Shown here in pieces: positions 22,056 through 33,057 of a stretch of DNA of 64,000 nucleotides; the stretch's first letter is position 1, and the number at the start of each line of letters is the position of its first letter. The stretch is taken from the NCBI GenBank assembly GCA_000146045.2, contig BK006941.2:320001-384000 (forward strand), given 5' to 3'. Below the pieces are notes generated by a model. That model saw nothing but the letters and a program-made list of their open reading frames with translations, was not told the DNA's origin and made no database searches. The stretch comes from TPA_inf: Saccharomyces. Lineage: Eukaryota. The translations under genes and the position numbers were made by a program.

Positions 22056-23042
22056 CTATACATCCCCCACAGCATCTCGCAGAGCCTCCACAACGTTAAG
22101 TACAGCACTCGAAGCTGGGCTGTCAGGATAGTTATCCAGGAAACTTTCACCCATGTCACAACTCTTGCCAATCCTCGGATCTAACGGAACAGACCCCAAA
22201 AATTTGATGCCCAATTCCTTACAAAGTGCTTCACCTCCACCTGTGGTAGCCTTGAATATTTGGGACTCTCCTTTGCAATTTGGACATACAAATCCGCTCA
22301 TATTTTCCACTAGTCCAAGAATATTGATACCAGCCTTCTTACAGAAATCTATCTCTTTCCGTACATCTAATAAAGCTACTTCCTGAGGTGTGGTGACCAC
22401 AAGGGCACCATCTATGCCAGATTCTCTCATATACTTGTTTATTGAAATGTGCTCATCAGATGTTCCGGGCGGTGTGTCGATTACCAAGTAATCGAGTTTA
22501 TCCCAATCAACATCCTTTAAAAATTTTTTTATCAATAAATTCTTTTTTGAACCCCTCCATATAATGGCGGAATCGTCTTCTGGAAGCATATATTGAATAG
22601 ACATGGTGGCTAAATTATCAGTCACATAGACAGGTGTCCAACCGGAGTTCGATTCATGGACGGTTTCTTTAATGCAGCCTAACATATGTGGCAAAGAAGG
22701 TCCACATATATCTAAATCCATGGCACCTACTTGTAAATCTTCGTCAGCTGAAAGTGCCCAACTTAGCATTGCGGCAAATGTCGACTTGCCTACGCCACCT
22801 TTGCCTGATAAAACCAATATTTTATGTTCTATTCCTGACAAGTTATCTGTGATCAATGGAATATCTGGATCAGGGCCTTTCGGAAGACTTTCACATATTT
22901 CTTTATTGGCGCAGCCACCACAAGCATCGGACTTACCTGCCATGTCTGATTCTGGACCAGGACAGTGTTCTGGTTCCGGCTGATTAAGTTCATACTCTGC
23001 TGGTAGCACTTCGTCGTTTACATGTGGTAGTATCTCAGTCAT
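22056..23042 (-). CDS. NBP35: Cytosolic Fe-S cluster assembly P-loop NTPase (Mrp/NBP35 family), 328 aa
   Basis: 328-aa ORF with the N-terminal ferredoxin-like Cys motif ([10 protein letters not shown]), the deviant Walker [10 protein letters not shown] and the C-terminal CPNC motif. It matches YGL091C. Confidence 0.93.
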   Translation of the reverse strand: MTEILPHVNDEVLPAEYELNQPEPEHCPGPESDMAGKSDACGGCANKEICESLPKGPDPDIPLITDNLSGIEHKILVLSGKGGVGKSTFAAMLSWALSADEDLQVGAMDLDICGPSLPHMLGCIKETVHESNSGWTPVYVTDNLATMSIQYMLPEDDSAIIWRGSKKNLLIKKFLKDVDWDKLDYLVIDTPPGTSDEHISINKYMRESGIDGALVVTTPQEVALLDVRKEIDFCKKAGINILGLVENMSGFVCPNCKGESQIFKATTGGGEALCKELGIKFLGSVPLDPRIGKSCDMGESFLDNYPDSPASSAVLNVVEALRDAVGDV

Positions 23043-23318
23043 TCTTGGATATCACTTATGTATACTGTTGTTCTCAAAAACAGAAAGACTTCACGTTTAG
23101 CCTAGCCTACGAGTTGTTGGACAAACATGTTATTTATTATTATATACAAAATATTTCTACGCATTACTAATTACACCATTAATGAATCCGAAAAAGTACC
23201 CGGAAGCGTATTTTGAAAAGCCATATTAAAGAATAATAAGATGAACGGCAGTTTTCGACGTGTCAATGCATAGAACTGAGAGAATTGTGCATTGGATGAC
23301 TTATTTATGTAGGGTGCT

Positions 23319-24584
23319 ATGTCCCAGCTGACGGAGTTCATTAGCTGTATCCCTGTGGTTAATGAAGAACAAAATGAAGAAGATGAGCGTGGCCTCTGTA
23401 AGATTCAGATTGAAGATGGCGCTATGTTGGAAACATTAGATGAGAACAGTCTTTCAGGGCTTAGAATAGAGAAAATGTTGGTAAGTGAAGGTACAGGAAT
23501 TTTTTCCAAAAGCAGTTTTGGAATCAATGATTTGCGAATCTTTACGGGAGAAAATATCGATGAAGAGTCTAAGAAATATGTGTGGTATGAACTACTCAAA
23601 ATGTTAACTGGTCACAAAGTGTACATTGCATCGTTAGACGAAAAAGTCGTATTCACAAAATGGACGTGCAGAATGCAAGATGATGAGGTATGGAAAGTAG
23701 TTATGGAGTTGGAGTCATCGGCGATCATAAGAAAAATCGCTGAACTTACCTTGCATCCAGTCAAAAAGGGAGAGATTGATTTATTTGAAATGGCAGATAA
23801 ACTCTATAAAGATATCTGTTGTGTTAACGATTCTTACCGGAATATAAAGGAGAGCGATTCTAGCAATAGAAATCGAGTTGAACAGCTGGCTCGGGAAAGG
23901 GAGCTATTGGATAAGCTTTTAGAAACACGTGATGAAAGAACCAGAGCAATGATGGTAACCTTGTTGAATGAGAAGAAGAAGAAAATAAGAGAGCTTCATG
24001 AGATTCTGCGACAAAATAATATCAAATTGTCTGACGATGATGTTTTAGATTCTGCGCTTATTAATACGGAAGTGCAAAAGCCAATTTCTGAGTTAAACTC
24101 TCCAGGAAAAAGAATGAAACGAAGAAAGACGGTAGTAGAGCCTCAAAATTTACAAAAGAAGTTGAAAGACACAAGTCGGAGGAGAGCTAATAGAAAAATA
24201 TCTAATCAATCCGTGATCAAAATGGAAGACGACGATTTTGATGACTTTCAATTTTTCGGACTTTCTAAAAGGCCAATTATTACTGCTAAAGATAAACTCA
24301 GTGAAAAGTACGATGATATTACCTCTTTTGGAGATGACACACAATCAATAAGTTTTGAATCTGATAGTAGCAGTGATGTTCAAAAACATTTAGTGTCTTT
24401 AGAAGACAATGGTATTCAAATATCAGCAGGAAGATCGGATGAAGATTACGGAGACATTTCTGGTTCTGAATCTGAGACTGATGCAAGTGCAGGGGAAAAG
24501 AAGAGCTCCAACCATAGTGAACAATCCGGTAATGATAGGGAACCTTGCTTGCAGACAGAATCGGAAACGGATATAGAAACATAG
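23319..24584 (+). CDS. LIF1: DNA ligase IV (Dnl4) partner for NHEJ, XRCC4-like, 421 aa
   Basis: 421-aa ORF beginning MSQLTEFISCIPVVNEEQNEEDERGLCKIQIEDGAMLETL. The length and position match YGL090W. Confidence 0.88.
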   Translation: MSQLTEFISCIPVVNEEQNEEDERGLCKIQIEDGAMLETLDENSLSGLRIEKMLVSEGTGIFSKSSFGINDLRIFTGENIDEESKKYVWYELLKMLTGHKVYIASLDEKVVFTKWTCRMQDDEVWKVVMELESSAIIRKIAELTLHPVKKGEIDLFEMADKLYKDICCVNDSYRNIKESDSSNRNRVEQLARERELLDKLLETRDERTRAMMVTLLNEKKKKIRELHEILRQNNIKLSDDDVLDSALINTEVQKPISELNSPGKRMKRRKTVVEPQNLQKKLKDTSRRRANRKISNQSVIKMEDDDFDDFQFFGLSKRPIITAKDKLSEKYDDITSFGDDTQSISFESDSSSDVQKHLVSLEDNGIQISAGRSDEDYGDISGSESETDASAGEKKSSNHSEQSGNDREPCLQTESETDIET

Positions 24585-24790
24585 CCTATTTATGAATGAA
24601 TGTAATATATGGCAAAGAGTATTATAGTATCGCATCATTTGAGAGAATACTTTATTTAAATGGCAAAAAATAGTTCTATGTGAGTGATCGAAAACTCAAC
24701 TACTCAGATTGAAAAGAAAATAAATAAAACTAGGTGTTGTATGAACGTGAAAGAAATCGAGAGGGTTTAGAAGTAGTTTAGGGTCATTTT

Positions 24791-25153
24791 TCAGTACATT
24801 GGTTGGCCTGGCTTGAGTTGCAACCAGTGCCAAGCATCAGCGTTGGCCTCTCTCTTGTACATTGGTTGGCCTGGTCTCAAATTTAACCAGTGCCAAGCGT
24901 CGGCAACAGCCTCTCTTTTCGCCAAAGTGGTGTTTTGCTCTTTTTCAGCCGCCTCAGCAATAGTGGTGTTGATAAACAATAGCCCACTGGCGGTAGCGTT
25001 ACTGAATGGTAAAAAAGCTATGTCATGATCACCTCCGAAATCCAAGTATCCAATAATGGCCTCGGCTGGCACCTGAGCGATATCTTCATCGGAACTAGCA
25101 GTGACAGAAACGGCCGCTAAAATAAAAGTGAGAAAGGTAGAAATGAATTTCAT
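24791..25153 (-). CDS. MF(ALPHA)2: Alpha-factor mating pheromone precursor with two mature pheromone repeats, 120 aa
   Basis: Prepro sequence MKFISTFLTFILAAVSVTASS followed by KREAVADA-WHWLNLRPGQPMY and KREANADA-WHWLQLKPGQPMY, with Kex2 and Ste13 processing sites. The track ORF starts three codons earlier at a TTG, so the true ATG is at 25153. Confidence 0.93.
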   Translation of the reverse strand: MKFISTFLTFILAAVSVTASSDEDIAQVPAEAIIGYLDFGGDHDIAFLPFSNATASGLLFINTTIAEAAEKEQNTTLAKREAVADAWHWLNLRPGQPMYKREANADAWHWLQLKPGQPMY

Positions 25154-25985
25154 TTTCTCCAATATGTGAATTTACTGGAATTTGATGCAGGTGATGGTAG
25201 TAATTATCCATTATATAGAATATAAAAACAGATATAGGAAGGACACCTCAAACTACACCAGAATCAAGGACAGCTTTTATACATATAAGCCCTCGTCTCT
25301 GCGCTGTAAAGACACCAAGTTTCACTAGGTCCACGGCGACTCTGTACTGAAACAACTGAATATTTGAAACAGTAACGATGAATAGTTTGGCTCGATACCT
25401 TGAAAACAATCACTACAGGCGTCGCCCAGATGCGCACATCGTTGCTGGCATTGATGTACCAATGAAGAAATATAAGTGACAAACTTTATGAAAAGATAGA
25501 AAGAGGTTTACAAGATAAGAGAAAAATTATGCTGTGAAGATTAGTAATCGAAGTAACTGCTTATTCATTCAGTGCATGTTTTTCTAGGAATGCGTTTGAT
25601 ATGGGACATACATCTTACTATGCGACATTACCTTTTAGGGACATCAATGAGCAAGTGAACACTAGCAAATTAGGAAAACAACTTTAGCACGCCCAACTGC
25701 GTACTGAAACGCAGAAAACTATAGAGTTTCCCGAAACGGTGACAGCTGAGTTCGCTCAAATAAGAACAACACCATGTCTTGAAGCTTCTTCTATAGCGTA
25801 GAGTAAGTAGTGCCTTGTAGCCCTACCGTTTTACAATGCATGAGGTTACCCGCACTTATTATTTTTTTCTCTTTTTTTTTCTTAGCTATAAAAGGCAGAT
25901 CAATGCAGCATTCATTGCTTTATTTGACTTTCCTTTACTATTTATTTACTTTCCATTTCTTATTTTAGTGTTATTTTATAACAGT

Positions 25986-26230
25986 AACGCAAATTTAACA
26001 GCCATTCGTAACACGTACAGTATCTCGTCGAGGTTGAACCCCTCCGGGGCGTTCTTGACCCATGAAGAATGTGGATTGGTGTTGCAATATATTTATTATT
26101 GGCTTGGACTGGAGAACAAATTTATCGATCTTGGGTGCAACAGTCTTTCTGTCGTCTGTTTTTTAGCAGATCTAAGGGTTTACCTTCGTGTGCCCGGATG
26201 AGGACCGTTGCAAGGATTGATAATACAACT
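25986..26230 (+). ncRNA. SNR10: H/ACA box snoRNA snR10, about 245 nt
   Basis: The MF(ALPHA)2-MMS2 intergenic region is the known site of SNR10. On the + strand a candidate H box (AGAACA near 26117) lies between two GC-rich hairpin regions. An ACA triplet sits at 26225-26227, exactly 3 nt before my recalled 3' end at 26230. Exact ends rest partly on memory of the locus, not on a computed fold. Confidence 0.55.
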
Positions 26231-26405
26231 ATATACATCATTATCGTAGTGAATTGCACGAGTAACTTCTCGGCATGGGGTGAGTAAATTCATATTATGA
26301 AAGTAATTAAACTTACTACCTAAATAAGAGGATATCTATGTCTTATTGCTTGTATATATGAGTGGCTTGGAATGCTGCAAATACTGTTTAGGAAAAAGTA
26401 GATAA

Positions 26406-26904
26406 CTAAAAGGTTTCTCCTTCCTTCGGTTGACGCAATTTCTTGTTCGCTGGGGTTGCCATTTCCTTTCTAAGATCAAGTAATAAAGTTTCCATGGTGT
26501 AGGCTCTTTTCCAGTCACGTAAGGTGTGGAAGTCAGTTTGGACCTCCCCCGTAGTTGGATTGACGCATGGTAGATTTATCTTGGAAATGAAAGTGACCTT
26601 TGGGGGAGAATCTGGATAGTTTGGGCCACAATCTATAGAAAGGGAATAGATTCTGTTTTCATGATTACTATGAGGGGGCCCTAAAATAGTGCCGTTCCAT
26701 TTGGTCATGGTAATATCGTCGCTATCAGCTAAACCATAACTACATGATTCTGGACCAAACCCTTTTTCACCCTTTTCTAATTCTTCTAACAACCTAAAAT
26801 TTCTTGGTCTGATTTACAATAGGACAGTGAGGGTACATTTCAAGAATTTGTTAGTATATGTTGAAATCCCTTTCAAAACTTATAATAACATACACTTTTG
26901 ACAT
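26406..26904 (-). CDS. MMS2: Ubiquitin-conjugating enzyme variant (UEV, partner of Ubc13), 137 aa, spliced
   Basis: Exon 2 (26406-26808) encodes PRNFRLLEELEKGEKGFGPESCSYGLADSDDITMTKW...GETF. The upstream 11-nt exon ATGTCAAAAGT (26894-26904) supplies MSKV. The 85-nt intron (26809-26893) has 5'SS GTATGT, branchpoint TACTAAC (rc of gttagta at 26850-26856) and 3'SS CAG. 11 + 403 nt gives 137 codons plus stop. Confidence 0.9.
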
Positions 26905-27118
26905 TTTTGTGTAAACGCTGCTTTCTTCTACGTTGCATATACAGAATAAGAATTTCACCACGACATCGAAATGTAATGAGCAGAGATTGTGTAGGAAGTT
27001 GATCTTATTTTAGTCTCTTATTTATCGCTAAAGGAGCAATGAAAATTGATAGCGTGTTACCCTAGGAATAATTCCTAACAATTTTTTCCATCTTAAAATC
27101 GAGAGGTAATAGTAAATA

Positions 27119-29368
27119 ATGGATGTGAGAGCGGCATTGCAATGTTTCTTCAGTGCATTGAGTGGACGATTCACTGGAAAAAAATTGGGACTAGAGATCT
27201 ATTCTATCCAGTACAAAATGAGCAATAGTGGTGGGTCCTCTCCTTTCTTGGAAAGCCCTGGAGGTTCGCCCGACGTAGGCAGTACAAATGGACAAAGTAA
27301 TCGTCAGATTCAGGCGTTACAATTCAAGCTCAATACTCTACAAAATGAGTATGAGATTGAAAAATTGCAGCTACAAAAACAGACGAATATCTTAGAAAAG
27401 AAATATAAGGCCACGATTGACGAATTAGAGAAAGCATTGAATGATACAAAATATCTTTATGAAAGCAATGATAAATTGGAGCAAGAGTTAAAGAGTTTGA
27501 AAGAAAGATCAGCTAATTCGATGAATGATAAAGACAAATGCATAGAGGAATTGCGAACAACCCTCCAAAACAAAGATTTAGAAATGGAGACTTTAAGGCA
27601 GCAGTATGATTCGAAGTTATCAAAGGTCACTAACCAATGTGACCATTTCAAGTTGGAAGCAGAGAGCTCTCATTCGCTACTGATGAAATATGAGAAAGAA
27701 ATAAAGAGGCAAAGTGTGGATATCAAAGATTTGCAGCATCAAGTGATGGAAAAGGATGATGAATTATCTTCGGTAAAAGCATCTAAGATGATAAACTCAC
27801 ATCCAAACTACTCCACCGAAGAGTTCAACGAGCTCACTGAAATGAACAAAATGATCCAAGACCAAGTTCAGTATACTAAAGAATTGGAACTAGCGAACAT
27901 GCAACAAGCCAATGAATTGAAAAAACTTAAACAATCCCAGGACACTTCTACTTTTTGGAAATTAGAAAATGAAAAACTACAAAACAAATTAAGTCAATTA
28001 CACGTACTCGAAAGTCAATATGAAAATCTTCAATTGGAAAACATAGATCTAAAATCGAAATTAACCAAATGGGAAATTTATAATGATAGTGACGATGATG
28101 ATGATAACAATGTTAACAACAATGATAATAATAATAATAATAAAAATGATAATAATAATGATAATAATAATGATACAAGTAATAACAACAATATTAATAA
28201 TAACAACAGAACCAAAAATAACATAAGAAATAACCCTGAAGAGATTATCCGGGACTGGAAACTTACCAAAAAGGAATGTTTAATTTTGACAGATATGAAT
28301 GATAAGTTAAGATTGGACAATAACAATTTAAAGCTACTGAATGATGAAATGGCTTTAGAGAGAAACCAAATACTAGATTTGAACAAGAATTATGAAAACA
28401 ACATAGTAAATTTGAAAAGATTAAATCACGAGTTAGAACAACAGAAGAGTTTATCTTTCGAAGAATGTCGATTACTGCGCGAACAATTAGATGGCCTATA
28501 TTCCGCACAAAATAATGCTTTACTAGAGGTCGAAAATAGTGAAACACATGCGTCAAACAAGAACGTAAACGAAGATATGAATAATTTGATCGATACTTAT
28601 AAAAATAAGACAGAAGATTTAACAAACGAACTAAAGAAGCTAAACGATCAGTTATTATCAAATTCCAATGATGTAGAAACACAAAGAAAAAAGAGGAAGT
28701 TGACAAGTGACCAAATTGGTTTAAATTATTCACAGAGGCTCAACGAATTGCAACTGGAAAATGTAAGTGTCTCGAGGGAGTTGAGTAAAGCACAAACTAC
28801 AATTCAGCTACTACAAGAAAAATTAGAAAAGTTAACTAAACTAAAGGAGAAAAAAATACGTATACTGCAATTACGTGACGGCCCCTTCATAAAAGATCAA
28901 TTTATCAAGAAAAACAAATTACTTCTTCTAGAAAAGGAAAATGCAGATTTACTTAACGAATTGAAAAAGAATAATCCAGCAGTGGAAACAGTACCCATTT
29001 CTGTTTATGATTCACTAAATTTCGAGTTGAAACAGTTCGAACAGGAAGTTTTTAAGTCAAATAAAAGATTTTCCAGACTAAAGCAAGTTTTCAATAATAA
29101 ATCTTTGGAGTTTATTGACGTTGTAAACTCATTATTAGGTTTTAAATTGGAATTTCAACAAGATAGTCGTGTGAAAATATTTTCCTGTTTCAAACCTGAA
29201 AAATATTTGATTGCTGATCTAAATGAAAACACTTTGAAATCTAACCTTGATGCAGATATAGAAGGATGGGATGATCTCATGAATCTATGGGTGGAAGATA
29301 GAGGTCAACTTCCGTGCTTTTTGGCAACAATAACATTGCGTCTGTGGGAACAGCGACAAGCCAAATAA
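27119..29368 (+). CDS. MAD1: Spindle assembly checkpoint coiled-coil protein, 749 aa
   Basis: 749-aa ORF with long heptad coiled-coil sequence. The length and position match YGL086W. It contains an internal poly-Asn/Asp tract. Confidence 0.9.
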   Translation: MDVRAALQCFFSALSGRFTGKKLGLEIYSIQYKMSNSGGSSPFLESPGGSPDVGSTNGQSNRQIQALQFKLNTLQNEYEIEKLQLQKQTNILEKKYKATIDELEKALNDTKYLYESNDKLEQELKSLKERSANSMNDKDKCIEELRTTLQNKDLEMETLRQQYDSKLSKVTNQCDHFKLEAESSHSLLMKYEKEIKRQSVDIKDLQHQVMEKDDELSSVKASKMINSHPNYSTEEFNELTEMNKMIQDQVQYTKELELANMQQANELKKLKQSQDTSTFWKLENEKLQNKLSQLHVLESQYENLQLENIDLKSKLTKWEIYNDSDDDDDNNVNNNDNNNNNKNDNNNDNNNDTSNNNNINNNNRTKNNIRNNPEEIIRDWKLTKKECLILTDMNDKLRLDNNNLKLLNDEMALERNQILDLNKNYENNIVNLKRLNHELEQQKSLSFEECRLLREQLDGLYSAQNNALLEVENSETHASNKNVNEDMNNLIDTYKNKTEDLTNELKKLNDQLLSNSNDVETQRKKRKLTSDQIGLNYSQRLNELQLENVSVSRELSKAQTTIQLLQEKLEKLTKLKEKKIRILQLRDGPFIKDQFIKKNKLLLLEKENADLLNELKKNNPAVETVPISVYDSLNFELKQFEQEVFKSNKRFSRLKQVFNNKSLEFIDVVNSLLGFKLEFQQDSRVKIFSCFKPEKYLIADLNENTLKSNLDADIEGWDDLMNLWVEDRGQLPCFLATITLRLWEQRQAK

Positions 29369-29615
29369 GTGTATATACATTTCTAATAGATAATAGTAAT
29401 CGGTTTTATAATATGATAAACTCCTATCCGCTGACATAATTGTTGGTCACAAAATTCTTTTATCTTTCTTCATCATTGACCTTTTATGATTCCTTTGGTA
29501 TGCAAAAAAAAAAAAATTGTGTTGAAGAATAAAAACAAATTACAGAATAAGTCACACATGATATAAAAAGAAGCCCAGTTTTTCATAGCTATTAAGGGGG
29601 CATAAATGCACTTAT

Positions 29616-30440
29616 ATGAGGGAAGGTGATTCTAATTCAAAAAAATCTGCGGATGTTGCTGTCCTCTCCATCATCCTTACGGGTTCGACCTTAACATTGA
29701 TCTACACATATAAAAGGTATTTAACTCAATTCAAAAGAACAAATGATATACCGCGAAGAATATTTCGTAAACACTGGCTTTATGGTAAAGTCACGTCTGT
29801 AGGTGACGGGGACAACTTTCATTTCTTTCACATGCCAGGTGGTATAAGAGGTGGATGGGGATGGTTACGACCCGTCCCACAAATGATCAAGAATGATTCT
29901 ACGGCAGAAAAGCTTGTTGGAGATAGCAGAAATATGAGGTTTTTCAATTTCAATTGGATTACGCATGGGAGGTCCACCAAAAGTAAAATACAAAAAGCTA
30001 AAAGCCAGTTCTTGAAGCTAAATGTACCTTACAAAAATAGGAAAAACCTGCCAACTATTCCTATAAGATTATGTGGAATCGATGCCCCAGAAAGAGCACA
30101 TTTCGGTAACCCAGCTCAACCGTTTGGTAATGAAGCTTTAATTTGGTTACAAAACCGAATTTTGGGAAAGAAAGTATGGGTCAAGCCTTTATCTATAGAT
30201 CAGTACAACCGTTGTGTAGCTCGAGTGTCATACTGGGACTGGTTTGGTGGGTGGAAAGACTTAAGCTTAGAAATGCTCAAGGATGGATTAGCGGTTGTTT
30301 ATGAGGGTAAAGTAAACACAGAATTTGATGATAGAGAAGATAAGTATCGATATTATGAATTTTTGGCAAGATCTAGAAAAAAGGGACTGTGGATCCAGAA
30401 TAAATTTGAAACGCCTGGTGAATATAAAAAACGTATTTGA
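29616..30440 (+). CDS. LCL3: Staphylococcal-nuclease-like protein with a predicted N-terminal TM/mitochondrial anchor, 274 aa
   Basis: 274-aa ORF with an N-terminal hydrophobic segment ([19 protein letters not shown]) and SNase-like motifs (GIDAPE, DRYGR-like). The length and position match YGL085W. Confidence 0.82.
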
Positions 30441-30615
30441 GTTTTCGAGAGGATTTTTATCCATCATACTGCAGATTTTCATATTATATGTTCATTAGCT
30501 TTTCACGCTTCCTCTCGATATTTTTTTATTTATTTTCGGTTTCATTTTTGTACTAGTAGATAAAAATACATACATGATAGCAGTGTTATACAATTGATAT
30601 TCGTAAATTTGGCAT

Positions 30616-32298
30616 TCAGCATTTTAGGTAAATTCCGTGCCTCTTTTCTTCTTCTCTGATTTCAAACATTATTTGTACTGCGATGAATAAACTAACGCTT
30701 GCCAAAATTACAAATTTGAAACCAGATACGGTACAGAACATATCGCTTAGTAATTTTTTAGTACCGTCAGAGCCCAAGCAGAATCCAAAAAGATTAGCGA
30801 TCATCATAACCCATATGTTGAAAACAGCACCGACAGCGCAAACGTGTCTGTACCAGACTGCGTCGGTATAATGAGAGAAAATTTGGGTAGCAAAAATTTC
30901 TGGTAAGAGGAACAAAACTATTAGCCAACCCCATAATAATAACTTTAGTTCGATGTCATGCCATATAGCTACGAAGGAAAAGACTGCTAGTGATGTCAAA
31001 ACTCTATTTTTTGAACCACCTAGAGGAATATATATGTAACGGACAACCCACTTATTGTAGCTTCTATGCCAAGCTCTCCAGAATGCTAGTGAACTGTAAT
31101 TGTTATCAACACACCTGATCATATTTTCAGGTGTATCGATTCCGTCTAGCAAAGCCCACAGCCTAAACAGCCTCCACGGAATCAGTAGTTTTAGCCAAAT
31201 AATATTCAAATTAAATAAGCCAATCATGGAAATCTGGAAAGGTGTGTCATTTTCCCACGCTTTGGTTTTTGAGATTGCCACAACGTGGAGAAAGTGTAAA
31301 ATGAACTCCATAGATAAGAGAGCAATAACGAATCTCACCGCATAGTAAAAAATGAATTTGAAATTTATTGATGGCAAGGTATGTTTCGATTGGTAAACAT
31401 AATCATTGAATGTTATAATGGGGCCGGCAATGAAAAGTGGCGTGTAAGTAACATATGCAATATAATTCATTAAGCTGTAGTCCTGTATGGGGTGTGCAGC
31501 AGTTAATCTAGCACGTTCATTGAGCAAAATGGCTGATTTAGCTTCTTTTGATTCATAGGATGGACTTTTCTTCTTTTGTAAATTCTCCCACCTCTCTAAG
31601 AAGTCCAAGTTGTAACTTAAGACTCTCAAAAGAGTAAAATTGAAAAAGACATCCCATCTTGGAATGATACCTCTATACCAATGGTCCAATGGGCTTAAAA
31701 AAGAGCAAATATTACCAAATGGATATGCTCTGAAGTTGTCGTTAATAAAAAGCGTAGAAATACCATAAATCCAAATGCTGATGGTGGCTATTCTTCTAAA
31801 GTTCTTTAGTACATGGGCGATGGCATATAAAATTAGCATATGGGCTAAAATTCTTATCGAATTGACACCATGAGCGGCCACTAAAAAGATCAAACCAAAT
31901 ATCAGATCAAACCTCAATTTAGTGATATTTGTTGAATAAAGTACAATGCGTTTTATAGAAGTGTGGACTAGCATTAAAACTGACAATAGCGCAAAATTGT
32001 CCCTGAAAAACCTATATTGAGAATCACTATTGTCTACTTTTCTGCCAAATAACCAACCTTGAGATAGGAGACGTTCGTATCTTGCATAGTTTGGATTTTC
32101 GGGCGAACTAGCTTGTAACCCAGCATAGAACATCAAGGGAACCACGACCAGAAATGCAATGTAGTAGAATTTGAACTCAGTAGTTTTCCATAGTGATGGC
32201 TTAGTGGTAGTAGAGGCATCCTTTTTTGGTGAAGGTTTGATTCTTGAATCTAAGCCCTCGGAAGTAATTAGGGGAGACAGGATGCTGATCAGCGACAT
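30616..32298 (-). CDS. GUP1: MBOAT-family membrane-bound O-acyltransferase (GPI-anchor remodelling), 560 aa
   Basis: Multi-TM ORF with the MBOAT histidine region. The true start is MSLISILSPLITSEGLD at ATG 32298; the track starts three codons upstream. 560 aa matches YGL084C. Confidence 0.9.
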   Translation of the reverse strand: MSLISILSPLITSEGLDSRIKPSPKKDASTTTKPSLWKTTEFKFYYIAFLVVVPLMFYAGLQASSPENPNYARYERLLSQGWLFGRKVDNSDSQYRFFRDNFALLSVLMLVHTSIKRIVLYSTNITKLRFDLIFGLIFLVAAHGVNSIRILAHMLILYAIAHVLKNFRRIATISIWIYGISTLFINDNFRAYPFGNICSFLSPLDHWYRGIIPRWDVFFNFTLLRVLSYNLDFLERWENLQKKKSPSYESKEAKSAILLNERARLTAAHPIQDYSLMNYIAYVTYTPLFIAGPIITFNDYVYQSKHTLPSINFKFIFYYAVRFVIALLSMEFILHFLHVVAISKTKAWENDTPFQISMIGLFNLNIIWLKLLIPWRLFRLWALLDGIDTPENMIRCVDNNYSSLAFWRAWHRSYNKWVVRYIYIPLGGSKNRVLTSLAVFSFVAIWHDIELKLLLWGWLIVLFLLPEIFATQIFSHYTDAVWYRHVCAVGAVFNIWVMMIANLFGFCLGSDGTKKLLSDMFCTVSGFKFVILASVSLFIAVQIMFEIREEEKRHGIYLKC

Positions 32299-33057
32299 TT
32301 CTTGCAATTGTCTGTTAACAAATGCTGATTCACGCTTTGTTTTTGCCTTTGTATGATTAACATCTATATATCGAAAGCAATATGCTAAGTTATTATTCTT
32401 ACCCTTTCAGTGTCCTTTTTGGCACACCCACTAAACATAAAGAGAAATACGTGAACACCTATACACCCTATATTATTTTGATTGTTCAACATTGCTTGAT
32501 TCATCATCCATTCTCCAGCTCTCGAATCTTGTTTCTGGCTTTTCCAAGATTATGTGAAAATTAACTTACTCTTTTTGGTCGATAAATAATTACAAGTTCA
32601 AGTGCATGTCTAATTGGAAACTTATTTTTATGTCCGATTGAGCTGATGTTCAGCTAGTTTATGTTTATACAAGAAAAATGCTCACCCGTACATATGCTCC
32701 TTCTTCACTCATTTTCTTGTCCTGTTGTTGAGACATTCAACTTTGATCCTGCTCTTGTACTTTTATGATTCATTACTTATATATTGGTCTTCATTATTCT
32801 CGAGATGAAATTCTCAGGGTCTTTTAAAAAAAAAGTTTCAGTAGGAAAACTAAACGTAATTAAACTATTCTTCGGTTCGAACCTGAAGTTGCGTGAAAAA
32901 AAGGGTACTGCAGTCTTGAAAAAATAGAAGCCAAAAAGAAGTTAATATCAAAACAAATAAATCTTGCACATATTAAAGCGCACAAAAGTATTCAAAACAG
33001 TGTAACTTCGAATATCGTATCATTAAGGAAAATAGGACACACTTTGATTGAGCAGGG

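Noticed and set aside
24791-25162. Upstream-extended starts given by the ORF track: MF(ALPHA)2 MEK-, GUP1 MQE-, YGL081W MKLREGTGEI-, HSF1 +24 codons, NPY1 +18 codons, MMS2 MLEEL-.
   Set aside because: The first codons of these track ORFs are TTG, not ATG (checked at 25160-25162, 37347-37349 and 26790-26792). Conserved N-termini and known protein lengths fit the first in-frame ATG, so the coordinates were adjusted.
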